64,000 bases of DNA from a virus. The stretch's first letter is position 1. Each line of letters opens with the position of its first letter. Below are positions 26,379 to 36,298 of this stretch, piece by piece. The DNA is taken from the UHGV virus genome UHGV-0038492. One strand, written 5' to 3'. The notes beneath the pieces are model-generated. The model ran no database searches and was not told the DNA's origin. It worked only from the letters and a program-made list of their open reading frames with translations. The position numbers and the translations under genes were made by a program.

Positions 26379-26927
26379 ATGTTTCCATCGTCTGAATATT
26401 TAACCCACCTGGCTTACGGTATTCGTCGTGGTTCTGTTTTCCGTACACGTTTAAAGGATATAAATTTCCTGGCTAATTTCTTATTTGACCGTTTGGGAGA
26501 TGGCAATAGCGTTTACAAAAAGATCACCACAACACAACTTTATTCCCTTATAGCAGCGTCTGAAATTGTACCTACAGATATTTGGCGATTCAAACGGTAT
26601 TGCGAGGGAATTACGATCAGTTTTCTTGATCATTCACCGATTACCGTTGAAATCGTCGATCGTGTTGATATTAATAGTGAAGTATCAGGTTGGAAGATTC
26701 TGTTTGATTGTGGCAATCGTTATGCGGTACTTGGTTCTTCTGATGAGCGCGACTTCCCATTCGACAAACCCTACTACTACCTCAACGAAGATGAATTCCC
26801 GGATAAAGAATCCAATATCTTTTTAAACGGGAATACCGTTTACTTCATTTTTCGTACCTGGAACGATGTTGCTGCTATGATTGCTCAAGGCGTCATCGAT
26901 TACCGTAAACTAGAAGTCGACATTTAA
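26379..26927 (+). CDS. hypothetical protein (182 aa); paralogue of the gene at 25374
   Basis: RBS AGGAG; N-terminal similarity to the preceding gene. Confidence 0.75.
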   Translation: MFPSSEYLTHLAYGIRRGSVFRTRLKDINFLANFLFDRLGDGNSVYKKITTTQLYSLIAASEIVPTDIWRFKRYCEGITISFLDHSPITVEIVDRVDINSEVSGWKILFDCGNRYAVLGSSDERDFPFDKPYYYLNEDEFPDKESNIFLNGNTVYFIFRTWNDVAAMIAQGVIDYRKLEVDI

Positions 26928-26937
26928 AATAAAAGCT

Positions 26938-26975
26938 ACCCTACTCCCGAAAAGGAGTAGGGTAATTTCTTTTAG
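26938..26975. terminator. bidirectional terminator, CCCTACTCC family
   Basis: 10-bp stem ACCCTACTCC (26938-26947) / GGAGTAGGGT (26954-26963), 6-nt loop; U-rich flanks on both strands; between convergent gene ends 26927 (+) and 26972 (-). Confidence 0.75.
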
Positions 26976-27595
26976 TTAACTAACCCGTTAGCTTTAAGAA
27001 TCTCTAACATCTGGTTGTTTAACTCTTTTAATTTTTTGTTTTCGTTTGTCAACGAAGTAACTTGTTCCGACAACGGAATAGCCTCTCGAATTTTCCTTTT
27101 CCGAGCTGCTTCCATTTGCAGGTGTTGCTCCTCCGTCACTTTCCCTTCATACTCCATGGTCGTGATTTCGACTTTCGGGTCAATACCCAACGTACGGGTA
27201 AGAATATCCGAAACGTCTTTAGTCATCACCGACACATCTACATAATCCGGTACAAACGATAAGTCCACCACCATCACATTACGCTGATACGCAATTCCCG
27301 ATAAACCAGGACACGATTCTACGTAAGTGTCAGGAATATAAACGACTTGGCCATCGCGTGATTTAAACGTAAGTATTGACGCGTTAACGGTAGCATCAGC
27401 AAGATATTCTTCTCGCTCCAACCCGACGGGCTTGTAATACTCGTTGTAAACATCAATATTCTGACGTACTAAATCTGGGAAGGTACGTGATGCCTCCACC
27501 GTGAAGATAACCGTTTCGGCTAACGTAAACGGTGTTTTTACCTTAAATAAACCCGTTGTGTTGACGGGAACCAAAAGAGGTAAACGCGTAGCCAT
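26972..27595 (-). CDS. hypothetical protein (207 aa), coiled-coil C-terminus
   Basis: Track ORF; second gene of a two-gene minus-strand island. Confidence 0.7.
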   Translation of the reverse strand: MATRLPLLVPVNTTGLFKVKTPFTLAETVIFTVEASRTFPDLVRQNIDVYNEYYKPVGLEREEYLADATVNASILTFKSRDGQVVYIPDTYVESCPGLSGIAYQRNVMVVDLSFVPDYVDVSVMTKDVSDILTRTLGIDPKVEITTMEYEGKVTEEQHLQMEAARKRKIREAIPLSEQVTSLTNENKKLKELNNQMLEILKANGLVN

Positions 27596-27598
27596 TCA

Positions 27599-28972
27599 TT
27601 ACTCCTCGTCGATTTCAGTGTACCATTTCGCTTTACGAGACAGTATACGGTATTCGACGTTATCGTATTCGAACACCCAGAAGTAGTTATCTGGATCGGC
27701 TTCATCAACGAGTTTCACGACGTCCAGACTGGTCTGATACGGATGGTATTCTTCCGCTGCTATTAGCGCCTGGAAGAACAACGCTAACCACTCGGTGGTG
27801 GATTTCGACATTCGTGCAATGTCTGGGTTTGTTGTTGCAATCAGTGCGTAGTCTGGTAACGTTTCGTGTAAGGTATTCTTACGAGTGTCGTTCTCAGGGC
27901 CACTGATAACCACCATGTTCAGCGATTTATACACGGTCGGTAAATCGGTAACATCCGTCGTCGGTTTGCTTACCGTATTACTATTTCTTTCTGCAACAGA
28001 CTGATCAGACCATTCCCCAAACTTTGTAATGGCTTTGACCCAGAAATCATATGGAAGGATGGGGGAATAGAGAGCCGCCACGTCTTCCTCATTCGGTATA
28101 CCACGGATTTTCCACCCCGGAACCATTGTGAATTTCGTGGTGGTAAAGATCTCAGGGAATACCTTCACTCCAATCGGAACCGTAAAGCTGGAGTTTGCAA
28201 GAATATGTTCACGCAACGCTTGCTTTATTTTCGTTGGGTTTTTTCCTGCACGTCCGTAAATGATAACCGACATTGGAACAACCAGTGTTGACTCGTAGTT
28301 TTCTTGGTCATGCCAGGTGTAGTAGTTAGTCTGGATGGCAGTATACGGGAACCCTGCCATTAACTCGTTGATTTTCTTATGGTGTTCGGTAAGGTTAAAC
28401 CCTTCCATCGCTTTTTCAACGACTGACTTCGTGGCCAAAAACGTGTCGATTGGCTCAATCGGCATTTGCACTTCGATTTCATAACCCGTGTAGTCCTGGT
28501 CGAAGTCTTCATCCGAGAACCAAACTATGATTTGGTTATCTACATCAGTGTCATCTTGTACTTGATCTGCTGTTGCTTCATATTTCCAGCTCACCCAACG
28601 TGGGAACCAGTTACTGTTCGTCTGGATCATCGCACCGGACTGGACACCGGAAATGGTTGATTGGAATTGGCCTAATAATAGGCGCTGGAATTCAAGTTCG
28701 TCATTTCTCAGATTCCCCAAGATGGCTTGCTGGTAAATCCATTGAGAAACGGTTAGAATATGATCAGAAAACTCGGCTGGAACAACAACCGTCTGTTTTT
28801 CTCGTTTAGACGTAAATGTCACCAACTGCACTTGCAGATTGGATTTAGTAAACGTCTGTTTACTCTTCGCGTACGAGAGGGTCAAATCAGACAGCTCACC
28901 TACCGGAGCGGTGACGCCGTCCTGATTGTCAAACAGAGCCGGTATCTGAATAAAACCTTGTAAGTCTAACAT
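27599..28972 (-). CDS. hypothetical protein (about 457 aa)
   Basis: Track ORF 27599-29032 trimmed to the internal ATG at 28970-28972, which has GGAG upstream; the 29032 ATG has no RBS and would overlap the divergent plus gene. Confidence 0.65.
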   Translation of the reverse strand: MLDLQGFIQIPALFDNQDGVTAPVGELSDLTLSYAKSKQTFTKSNLQVQLVTFTSKREKQTVVVPAEFSDHILTVSQWIYQQAILGNLRNDELEFQRLLLGQFQSTISGVQSGAMIQTNSNWFPRWVSWKYEATADQVQDDTDVDNQIIVWFSDEDFDQDYTGYEIEVQMPIEPIDTFLATKSVVEKAMEGFNLTEHHKKINELMAGFPYTAIQTNYYTWHDQENYESTLVVPMSVIIYGRAGKNPTKIKQALREHILANSSFTVPIGVKVFPEIFTTTKFTMVPGWKIRGIPNEEDVAALYSPILPYDFWVKAITKFGEWSDQSVAERNSNTVSKPTTDVTDLPTVYKSLNMVVISGPENDTRKNTLHETLPDYALIATTNPDIARMSKSTTEWLALFFQALIAAEEYHPYQTSLDVVKLVDEADPDNYFWVFEYDNVEYRILSRKAKWYTEIDEE

Positions 28973-28997
28973 AATTAAAAATACTCCGAGGTGAGCA

Positions 28998-29501
28998 ATG
29001 GGTTCATTTCTTAAAGTGCTTCCGTTCTTCATTCAGATGTTGATGGAAGCATTTAAACCAGGAGAAGGAGAAAACGTATCAAGAGCAAACAAGATAATGA
29101 CTTTAATCATCACGGTCTTGTTATCCTACTCGGCTTTCGTCTCCTATGCGTACGTAGTGCAGTTTCACAAGCTCGTTACAGTACAATCTCATGATCAATA
29201 CATGTCGCAATCTTACCAAGAGATGAAGCAAGATCGTGACAAACTGAAAGATGATAATGGTAGACTATACGACAAGCTCTTTATTTGCCTCGGCCAGAAA
29301 CCGCCATATGAAAGCGGGTACAGCTCGGTAAAAGAAGACAACTCTACCAAAGATTTAACACCTAAGAAACCAGAAACTCCTGTTAGCCCAGCTTCAACAC
29401 CAGAACAACGCAGAGAAGCTTCGGCGCGACCTGTTGGTAGTCAAAACGCTAACAGTTTCCGTCAGGAGATCATAAAGACGTTATCCTCACCTAAGGAGTA
29501 A
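28998..29501 (+). CDS. membrane protein with one TM helix and coiled-coil region (167 aa); spanin-like architecture
   Basis: RBS GAGGTGA; hydrophobic segment IMTLIITVLLSYSAFVSYAYVV followed by a charged helical region. Confidence 0.65.
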   Translation: MGSFLKVLPFFIQMLMEAFKPGEGENVSRANKIMTLIITVLLSYSAFVSYAYVVQFHKLVTVQSHDQYMSQSYQEMKQDRDKLKDDNGRLYDKLFICLGQKPPYESGYSSVKEDNSTKDLTPKKPETPVSPASTPEQRREASARPVGSQNANSFRQEIIKTLSSPKE

Positions 29502-29504
29502 CTG

Positions 29505-29960
29505 ATGAAATTGCTGTTATTCATCATGATTTTGTGCGTGGGTTTGGTGAGTAATAGCTATGGAGAACCCGGTAAACGGCCATCCTATACTGCGTTACAA
29601 CCTCCGCCAGCGCCGCCTATCATGCTAAATTGGAAAATTGATAAAGACGCGATGCGGGAATATGTTGCGGATGTGAATACATACGCTTATTACGTTTATC
29701 TCTACACACGAAACTTAAATCAACAAGCAGTCAAACGCGGGTGGAATCCACCGATGTTAGCACCTATCTGCGAACGGTTTGAAATTCCTAAATTACATTC
29801 CGTTCCAGAAAAGATGTTATTAGACGACAAAGCGTTAACGCCACAAGAAATCAGTCGGGATTTATCACGTAAACTGAATTCGTTGTTGTGGAATTATCGC
29901 TCTGACCGGCAAGCTTTATTAGACGCCTACGATCAGTATCTGACAACGTGTTTGAACTGA
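29505..29960 (+). CDS. secreted proline-rich protein (151 aa precursor)
   Basis: Start 4 nt after the preceding stop; signal-peptide-like MKLLLFIMILCVGLVSNSYG; PPPAPP stretch; no canonical lipobox. Confidence 0.65.
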   Translation: MKLLLFIMILCVGLVSNSYGEPGKRPSYTALQPPPAPPIMLNWKIDKDAMREYVADVNTYAYYVYLYTRNLNQQAVKRGWNPPMLAPICERFEIPKLHSVPEKMLLDDKALTPQEISRDLSRKLNSLLWNYRSDRQALLDAYDQYLTTCLN

Positions 29961-29965
29961 CAACG

Positions 29966-30005
29966 CCTCCTGTACCCTTCGGGGTACAGGAGGTATTTTC
30001 TTTTT
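29966..30005 (+). terminator. intrinsic terminator (CCTCCTGTACCC / GGGTACAGGAGG, TTCG loop)
   Basis: Perfect 12-bp stem 29966-29977 / 29982-29993, followed by TATTTTCTTTTT. Confidence 0.85.
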
Positions 30006-30047
30006 AACGTTTAACCCCCTTCTAATGTATAGAGAAAGGAGCTTAAC

Positions 30048-30782
30048 ATGACATACCCGAAAACGATTCAACCCACCTTACCGACGCTGGTAATTGGTGC
30101 TGACGCAGAAACCAAATCACTGCGTCCTGATGCGTATTTGTTAACCACAGGCTTAGTTGCCTTTGATGTACCGACTTTAAAAATGGTAGGGTCGTCGTAT
30201 ATGCGTATTGATCCTAATGACCCTAAAGCAAAAGCTGTGTTCCACGAAGACCCACAGACCGTAGGATGGTGGGAAGGTAAAGGGGAACCTGAATACGCAC
30301 CGTCTCGTGAAGCCTACACGGAAGCATGGGGCGGTACAACACCTATGCCGGAAGCGCTGTGGGCAATGCGTAAGTGGTTAGACGAAATCACCGGTAAGCA
30401 CAATTTTGTTATCACCATGCGTGGGCCGGATTTCGATTCGCCTATTTTCATGAACGCGTTCGCACAATGTGACGTCCCTCCAGGTAAATTCCGTAAGTTC
30501 AGCGCGTTAGACAGTGACCGTACCGCAGAACGTTTAGCGTTGGCGTTTGGTTTTGAACCCGACTTGACCGTTGAGCAAGTTTACTGGACGCGCGGTAAAC
30601 CGGCATTTGAACACCATGCATTGTGGGATGCTGCGAAAGAAGCTTACACCACTGCACGTATTTATCACCTTGCACTGATTACCCGCGAGTACGGGTACGA
30701 ACGTGCTAAAGCCTGTCACGAAGAACTGAAGACCGGTGAGTATATTCCACCTCAGATTCGTGATCAGTTAACCAGGGATTAA
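30048..30782 (+). CDS. DEDDh-type 3-prime-5-prime exonuclease (DnaQ-like fold)
   Basis: Exo I-like VIGADAETKSL, Exo II-like RGPDFDSPIF, Exo III-like HHALWDAAKEAY. Confidence 0.7.
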   Translation: MTYPKTIQPTLPTLVIGADAETKSLRPDAYLLTTGLVAFDVPTLKMVGSSYMRIDPNDPKAKAVFHEDPQTVGWWEGKGEPEYAPSREAYTEAWGGTTPMPEALWAMRKWLDEITGKHNFVITMRGPDFDSPIFMNAFAQCDVPPGKFRKFSALDSDRTAERLALAFGFEPDLTVEQVYWTRGKPAFEHHALWDAAKEAYTTARIYHLALITREYGYERAKACHEELKTGEYIPPQIRDQLTRD

Positions 30783-30784
30783 GA

Positions 30785-32296
30785 ATGAAGAACGTTGATG
30801 TTGCTGTACTTTATACCGACGGTAGCCATTTAACCTCACCGATGGGAACAGGCGGTGGGATTCACGGCTACCTGTTTAACAAGGAAGAGATTGTTGACGG
30901 TGGCGTTTATCGCCACCCTACCATTCCCGAAGGGATTACGACCTCTGGTTATCGCCAGATTAACAAAGAGGAAAAACTTCCTGCGTTACCGGACTCCGTT
31001 GAGTTCGTGGACTGCGTTATTCCGGTACCGAAACACCACCACTCTGACGTTGCAGAAATCGTTGCTTTTTTAACCGTTTTCGAAAAAGCACCGTTCGTTG
31101 CAAAGAACTACATTATCTATATCGATGCGTCTTACGTTGTGAATACGTTTAACGATTGGATTGACGGTTGGGCTAAGCGGGACTGGCGGCGGGCTGATGG
31201 AACCCCTATCGCAAACCTTGAGCTGGTTCAACGGATGTGGGAAATTAAGAAACGTCTGAAGAAAGAAGGAAAAGGGATTCGTGTTCTTAAAATCAAAGGA
31301 CACTCTGGTCACTACGGTAACGAACGGGCTGACGGGCTGGCACGAAAAGGATCGTCCATCTCTGCACACGGGGAAGGCTTAGATTATCAGGCGTACTGGT
31401 CAGCAGACGAAATCCCCGAAGAACAGCAGGAAGAAATCGTTAGCGAAGGCGTTAACGTTGCCGCGTTTCCTGATATTTGCGTAACCAAGTTCTGCTACCC
31501 AATGGTAAATGAGCAACACCCTACGGTTAAGGTAAACGGTGAAAATCTCTATTACATGTTCGGGGGTAACCACGCAAAACAGAAGGATGATATTGTCTTC
31601 GTTGGGAAATACATTCCTGATGCGCAGTTCTGTGTGATGTTTACACGTGAGCCGTGGACGAACGTTTACGATTTGGTTAACGCCCACGCTGCTAAAGCCT
31701 GGGAGGGCGTACCACGTTTGCGTCAGTTTGACCCTATCGCTGTTGTGTTCAACCTGTTCGTAAAACGTAAGAAGTTTGCGGAAGCAGCGGCTAACGGTAT
31801 TCCGGTTGACAAAATGCACTTTAGCGAAGACAAGAACCTGTGGATGTACGAAGACTTGTCTATCAGTCGTATTCTGCGTCCCGCGTTATTGTCTTACCGT
31901 TGCATTTCCATTCGTGATGAACTGGCAGAGTGGCTGCGTGACTGTCTGGAAGGGAAATCGAACGTTGTCTTAAACGACATTACCGATTTGCTTTATGACG
32001 AAAAAGGTAAACCCACCAAAGACTTTTACCGAAACGTGGATAAAGGGTTTGACGTCTCCATTAAAATCCCTAACGGGAAGGTTGGCGTTAAAGCTATTTT
32101 GACACGCGCTATCGACCTACCGACGCGTACGGAAATCAACCGTATCAAAGAACCGAATGGACGATTCTACGTCGCTGTACGTCGTCCAGAACGTCAGTAC
32201 GTTGAATACGCGTTAGTGTATATCGGTGAGAAGTATCACGGTCTGTGGTGTGGTTATTATTCAAACAAACGAATATTGACCGATAAGGAACTTTGA
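30785..32296 (+). CDS. RNase HI-domain protein with about 300-aa C-terminal extension (503 aa)
   Basis: N-terminal LYTDGS (catalytic Asp), E in SDVAEIVAF, D in IYIDAS, and KIKGHSGHYGNERADGLA matching the RNase HI GH...NE.AD motif. Confidence 0.8.
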   Translation: MKNVDVAVLYTDGSHLTSPMGTGGGIHGYLFNKEEIVDGGVYRHPTIPEGITTSGYRQINKEEKLPALPDSVEFVDCVIPVPKHHHSDVAEIVAFLTVFEKAPFVAKNYIIYIDASYVVNTFNDWIDGWAKRDWRRADGTPIANLELVQRMWEIKKRLKKEGKGIRVLKIKGHSGHYGNERADGLARKGSSISAHGEGLDYQAYWSADEIPEEQQEEIVSEGVNVAAFPDICVTKFCYPMVNEQHPTVKVNGENLYYMFGGNHAKQKDDIVFVGKYIPDAQFCVMFTREPWTNVYDLVNAHAAKAWEGVPRLRQFDPIAVVFNLFVKRKKFAEAAANGIPVDKMHFSEDKNLWMYEDLSISRILRPALLSYRCISIRDELAEWLRDCLEGKSNVVLNDITDLLYDEKGKPTKDFYRNVDKGFDVSIKIPNGKVGVKAILTRAIDLPTRTEINRIKEPNGRFYVAVRRPERQYVEYALVYIGEKYHGLWCGYYSNKRILTDKEL

Positions 32297-32964
32297 TGCT
32301 GATTGTTTTTAGTCAAGCGTTATCGATGGCACCGAGTTATATCCAGATACGCTTTTCAACAATTGCGCGTCAGCAGTGGGGCTTTAAAGCCCCCTATTCT
32401 GACGACCACTATACACTCGGTGAAATAGCACTTGAACTTGCTTTACGTTCATTGTGGGAAATCATCGCATTGTATAATGCGGGTTGTGATATACCGAAAG
32501 ATTGTTTCCCACAACGGGTGATTGCGCAAGGTACTACGAACACTTACGGTAATCCAGCATTGGTAGAAGAGTGCTTAGGCTACGCTAACCAGTCTGGGGA
32601 ACTGCAACACAACTTTAATCTGGTGATTAACAAAGTCTGGAGTGAGCTGGAAAGCTATCCTGAAAAGATTATCTGGTTTGATCGTAACCAATTCGTTAAG
32701 GAGGTGGCCAGTAAACGACCTGTACGTTTAGTTACCTTAAAACCTACCGATCTTGATTTGAAACAAACGTATCCCTTCCCGGAAGAAATTCGACTTTCTC
32801 CCGAAACTGTAGGTCACACTATTTTCAAACAAGGTGACGCCTGGATATTGCCTCACGATCTAGACCGTTTCCTGCTCAATTCCGATCAGATTCACTCCGG
32901 CTATGATTCTCTCGTAAAAGAGTTTCATATCGATCCCTATTTCACTAAAAACTTTCTTAGATAG
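32293..32964 (+). CDS. hypothetical protein (223 aa)
   Basis: Track ORF; start overlaps the preceding stop. Confidence 0.6.
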   Translation: MMLIVFSQALSMAPSYIQIRFSTIARQQWGFKAPYSDDHYTLGEIALELALRSLWEIIALYNAGCDIPKDCFPQRVIAQGTTNTYGNPALVEECLGYANQSGELQHNFNLVINKVWSELESYPEKIIWFDRNQFVKEVASKRPVRLVTLKPTDLDLKQTYPFPEEIRLSPETVGHTIFKQGDAWILPHDLDRFLLNSDQIHSGYDSLVKEFHIDPYFTKNFLR

Positions 32965-33001
32965 ATATTATTCAGGTGTAGAACCCTCGGAGTTAATCAC
33001 C

Positions 33002-33739
33002 ATGTTGAAAGTTTATGTCCCTCAATTACAACGTATTAATCCCTCGTTGTTCGAGGGATTCTTTTATAAAAACTGGCCACGGTTCTTCGAAGAATCCCTC
33101 AAAGATCCTAAGTGGACGACGATACAGGGGGAATTTTTCTGGACTGCACAATCGGCCTGTACCAACATCTTTGCTAACTTTGTCGGCGAAGTTATCAACA
33201 GTATCAACTCAAATATTCCTTTTGACCTAGAAAACGTAACCGTAGACCTGACCTCGATTTACGACGGGTATGATTGTTCCGATGTTAACTTCGAACATTT
33301 CTCTTCGGAAGAGGTTTGGGAGAAAGTGTATAACTGGTTGGAACATTATGTTAATACGCTGCTCTCACCGTCGATGTTATCGGGGTTCAATAAAGCGATT
33401 CTTCCTATCTACCACGACTTACTGAACGTTAAAGTAACGACGGGTTTAGTAGGGTACTGGTATTCCACCTACGACATGGAAAGCACGTTGTGGGAGAAAC
33501 AAATCAATGCGTACGGTATCGAGTACGGTGACTTTGAAGAAGTCTATCGCGGTTACTGGCCACACAGTTTCTACAGAAACAGAGAAGTGGGCGAACCATA
33601 TCTGTGGTCGTTTTATCGTTGCAACACCACGGGTGTTATTTATCTCGAAGACACCGGTGTGCAAATCCCTAACGGTGCTGATGTGACGTATTGTCAAATA
33701 CGCAAAGACCGGGGACACGTCATTTATAAGGATTATTAA
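33002..33739 (+). CDS. hypothetical protein (245 aa)
   Basis: Track ORF. Confidence 0.65.
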   Translation: MLKVYVPQLQRINPSLFEGFFYKNWPRFFEESLKDPKWTTIQGEFFWTAQSACTNIFANFVGEVINSINSNIPFDLENVTVDLTSIYDGYDCSDVNFEHFSSEEVWEKVYNWLEHYVNTLLSPSMLSGFNKAILPIYHDLLNVKVTTGLVGYWYSTYDMESTLWEKQINAYGIEYGDFEEVYRGYWPHSFYRNREVGEPYLWSFYRCNTTGVIYLEDTGVQIPNGADVTYCQIRKDRGHVIYKDY

Positions 33740-33740
33740 C

Positions 33741-34283
33741 ATGAAATTACTTATTGATTTCTCTCTGAGCTCGTCACGCGACAGGCTAAATAAAATACTT
33801 ACTGAAATGCGAAGTAAGGTGAGGTTAGAACTGCACGACGCAATAGCGGTGTACGAGAGAAAACTGACGAAAGAGAACAACGGGGAAACCGTGGTGATCT
33901 TAGACGCTAAGGCGATGGTGGATTTTCTGGTAAACATGTTAGAAAGGCGGATTCACGCGGTGATAGAGCGACCTTACTTAGTTCGTGTAACTGACCCAGA
34001 CACTACGGTAGAATCAATACTGGAAAAGGCGTTCGTCGACGCAGCACACTATTTACAAAGGCATTCCCCAGACGATTTCGAAACGATTTACGTTGGCGTT
34101 ATACAGCAACAGAATGCTGAAACCAACATCGTGGATACCGTGTGCTGGAGCGATATCCTTACTAATGAAACCATATCTCGTGTCCGGGACATCTTTATTG
34201 AAAATTTGGCATTAGTGAAAAGGGTGTGTAGTTCCGAGATTATTTACTTGTCATCAAAATACGAAAAAACTAAAGGAGTATAA
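33741..34283 (+). CDS. hypothetical protein (180 aa)
   Basis: Track ORF, 1-nt gap from the preceding stop. Confidence 0.65.
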   Translation: MKLLIDFSLSSSRDRLNKILTEMRSKVRLELHDAIAVYERKLTKENNGETVVILDAKAMVDFLVNMLERRIHAVIERPYLVRVTDPDTTVESILEKAFVDAAHYLQRHSPDDFETIYVGVIQQQNAETNIVDTVCWSDILTNETISRVRDIFIENLALVKRVCSSEIIYLSSKYEKTKGV

Positions 34284-34285
34284 CC

Positions 34286-34810
34286 GTGGATATTTTAATT
34301 CAATTTCGTAAGAAAACAACCATTACCACGCCGATTGAGTTAGAGGAGAAAATCTCTAGCGCGGTTGCACGCAAGCTCTGTGGTGCTCACGGCTTCAGCA
34401 GTCATCAAGAACAGGTCGTTACTGCCGCCACATTACACAACTTACGACACACAGTACATTACTGTTTAGTTGACAACGTCACCATCACTCTTGATGATAC
34501 CGCAAAAGTCGACCAACTGCGTCGTGAAATTGACCACAAGATCGGCGTTTATAAAAGACGTTTTGATCGTGCCTGCGCACGTTTAACCGACAACGAGGCA
34601 TTATGGAAACGTTTGAAACTTGAAATTGAGTATGCGGCGCAGCGTTACGGGATTGGCAGTACCGAACCGTTGCTGACCGAACAAGAAATCATGTTAGCAA
34701 TCGAAGTTTACATCACCATTTGTCTCGCCAACCTAAAAGAAACCAACTACGAAATTACAAAAGCGCTGTTAAACACCATTGACAGTCTCTACCCAATCTT
34801 AGGACAATAA
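34286..34810 (+). CDS. hypothetical protein (174 aa)
   Basis: Track ORF, GTG start preceded by AAGGAG. Confidence 0.65.
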   Translation: MDILIQFRKKTTITTPIELEEKISSAVARKLCGAHGFSSHQEQVVTAATLHNLRHTVHYCLVDNVTITLDDTAKVDQLRREIDHKIGVYKRRFDRACARLTDNEALWKRLKLEIEYAAQRYGIGSTEPLLTEQEIMLAIEVYITICLANLKETNYEITKALLNTIDSLYPILGQ

Positions 34811-34811
34811 A

Positions 34812-35297
34812 ATGAACTTAAATGCAATTATCAATCTCTCTAATAGCGACTTTGTCCACGAGTTTCTGAACCACTGCGATCGCACAGAACAGTCTATCCG
34901 TAACTTGTTAGCTCCGAAAACAGTGGACGCCATCTGGATAGCTTCACATGCAGCGAGCGCTATCGTTGCGAGATACCGTGCGATGTTGCTAATGAATCTG
35001 GACAATTTCTTCAGTCATTCAGGTCCTATTACATGGACTTCTATCGGGCGTCGGCTTTACGACGTGCGTATCAAAACCCTACTCTCGATAACTAATGACT
35101 TGCACAGTGGATATATGCCTGACGTGATCGTACCGTACACTGTTCCCGAATGGCGACGCTTTTATAGTCAGATATGGAGTAATGAAAGCGTTTATCATGA
35201 AATAGTGGCTCTTATCAGTGCTGACCAAAACCAACTTGCATATCAGCTGTGGGAGTGGCTAAAAGCTAATTATCCAAACTACGTCAAGATCGACTAA
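34812..35297 (+). CDS. hypothetical protein (161 aa)
   Basis: Track ORF. Confidence 0.65.
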   Translation: MNLNAIINLSNSDFVHEFLNHCDRTEQSIRNLLAPKTVDAIWIASHAASAIVARYRAMLLMNLDNFFSHSGPITWTSIGRRLYDVRIKTLLSITNDLHSGYMPDVIVPYTVPEWRRFYSQIWSNESVYHEIVALISADQNQLAYQLWEWLKANYPNYVKID

Positions 35298-35302
35298 TAA
35301 AC

Positions 35303-35333
35303 ACCCTAGCTTCGGCTAGGGTTATTTTATTTT
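35303..35333 (+). terminator. hairpin terminator, CCCTA...TAGGG family (ACCCTAGC / GCTAGGGT, TTCG loop)
   Basis: 8-bp stem 35303-35310 / 35315-35322, followed by TATTTTATTTT. Confidence 0.75.
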
Positions 35334-35355
35334 AACCATTTTAGGAGCATATACC

Positions 35356-36288
35356 ATGTATTTGTACAAAAGTAAAAAAGTAAAAGGTATTAAAGACTGC
35401 CTTAGACAAATGGGGAGTCAGCATCTAGAAAATGTCATGGAAGAAAACCAAACAAAAGAAAATCCTGTCTCGAAATGGATAAAAAAGAATCGTAACCATT
35501 TAACCAATTCCTTTATACCCTACGACACTGAGTTAGGTCTCAAAGATCCACGTTCCCTTCACGCACAAACGTTGGCAATCGGGTGGCTATATGGCGGGGT
35601 TTCCTTAATATCCAACCAAGCACTTAGAGAACTTGTTTTCGAGACTGAGATGCCCAGTAAATTCCCTGAAGAATGGTTGGACTTTATACCCGCATGGACT
35701 GTGGCAATCGACGTAGGTAAAGAGGATGAGACTTTCTTTCTCGGCTATCGAAAAAATGGGAAGAGAAGGTTTATTATAATCGCTACAAATACTGATTACG
35801 GGTTAACAGAAGGAGTTACCACAATTGCCACTTGTTCGTTAGAGCTTCGTAGTGCAGGGAACGGGCTTGTGGAAATCGACTACGACGACGGTGTGGAGAA
35901 CGAACAAGAAAGGATGTTATGGTTATCTCTGGCCAAAGCCGCCACATCGATGATATTTCTGTGCACGCTAATCCCGCCTAATTACAGGGAGTCTTTTAAT
36001 GATATTAAGTTCAGGGAAATCAAAAAGAACGGTAGTATTAGTTACGACGTTAAACCGCGAGAACGTGATGTTAAGGTAGATATCACACCAGGACAAGTAA
36101 AATATCTAAAAGGATTTAACACCGACTTGAAAGCCATGCAGGGTATCAAACACGCCAAAGCTGCGCACATTCGTCGTGCCCACTGGCGTAGATATTGGGT
36201 TGGCCCAAGAAACGGTGAAAGAAAAAGAAAACTTTGCTGGATTCCACCGACATTTGTCCGAGGCTACGTACCCCACACGCAAGACTAG
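35356..36288 (+). CDS. hypothetical protein (310 aa); HIRRAHW-motif paralogue A
   Basis: RBS AGGAG; C-terminus KAAHIRRAHWRRYWVGP...CWIPPTF. Confidence 0.7.
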   Translation: MYLYKSKKVKGIKDCLRQMGSQHLENVMEENQTKENPVSKWIKKNRNHLTNSFIPYDTELGLKDPRSLHAQTLAIGWLYGGVSLISNQALRELVFETEMPSKFPEEWLDFIPAWTVAIDVGKEDETFFLGYRKNGKRRFIIIATNTDYGLTEGVTTIATCSLELRSAGNGLVEIDYDDGVENEQERMLWLSLAKAATSMIFLCTLIPPNYRESFNDIKFREIKKNGSISYDVKPRERDVKVDITPGQVKYLKGFNTDLKAMQGIKHAKAAHIRRAHWRRYWVGPRNGERKRKLCWIPPTFVRGYVPHTQD

Positions 36289-36298
36289 GAGAATTATA

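Noticed and set aside
33446-33937. Minus-strand ORFs (33446-33937, 38679-39158, 36316-37164, 45615-46214) listed in the track
   Set aside because: Each is antisense to better-supported plus-strand genes with SD sequences and compact stop-start junctions
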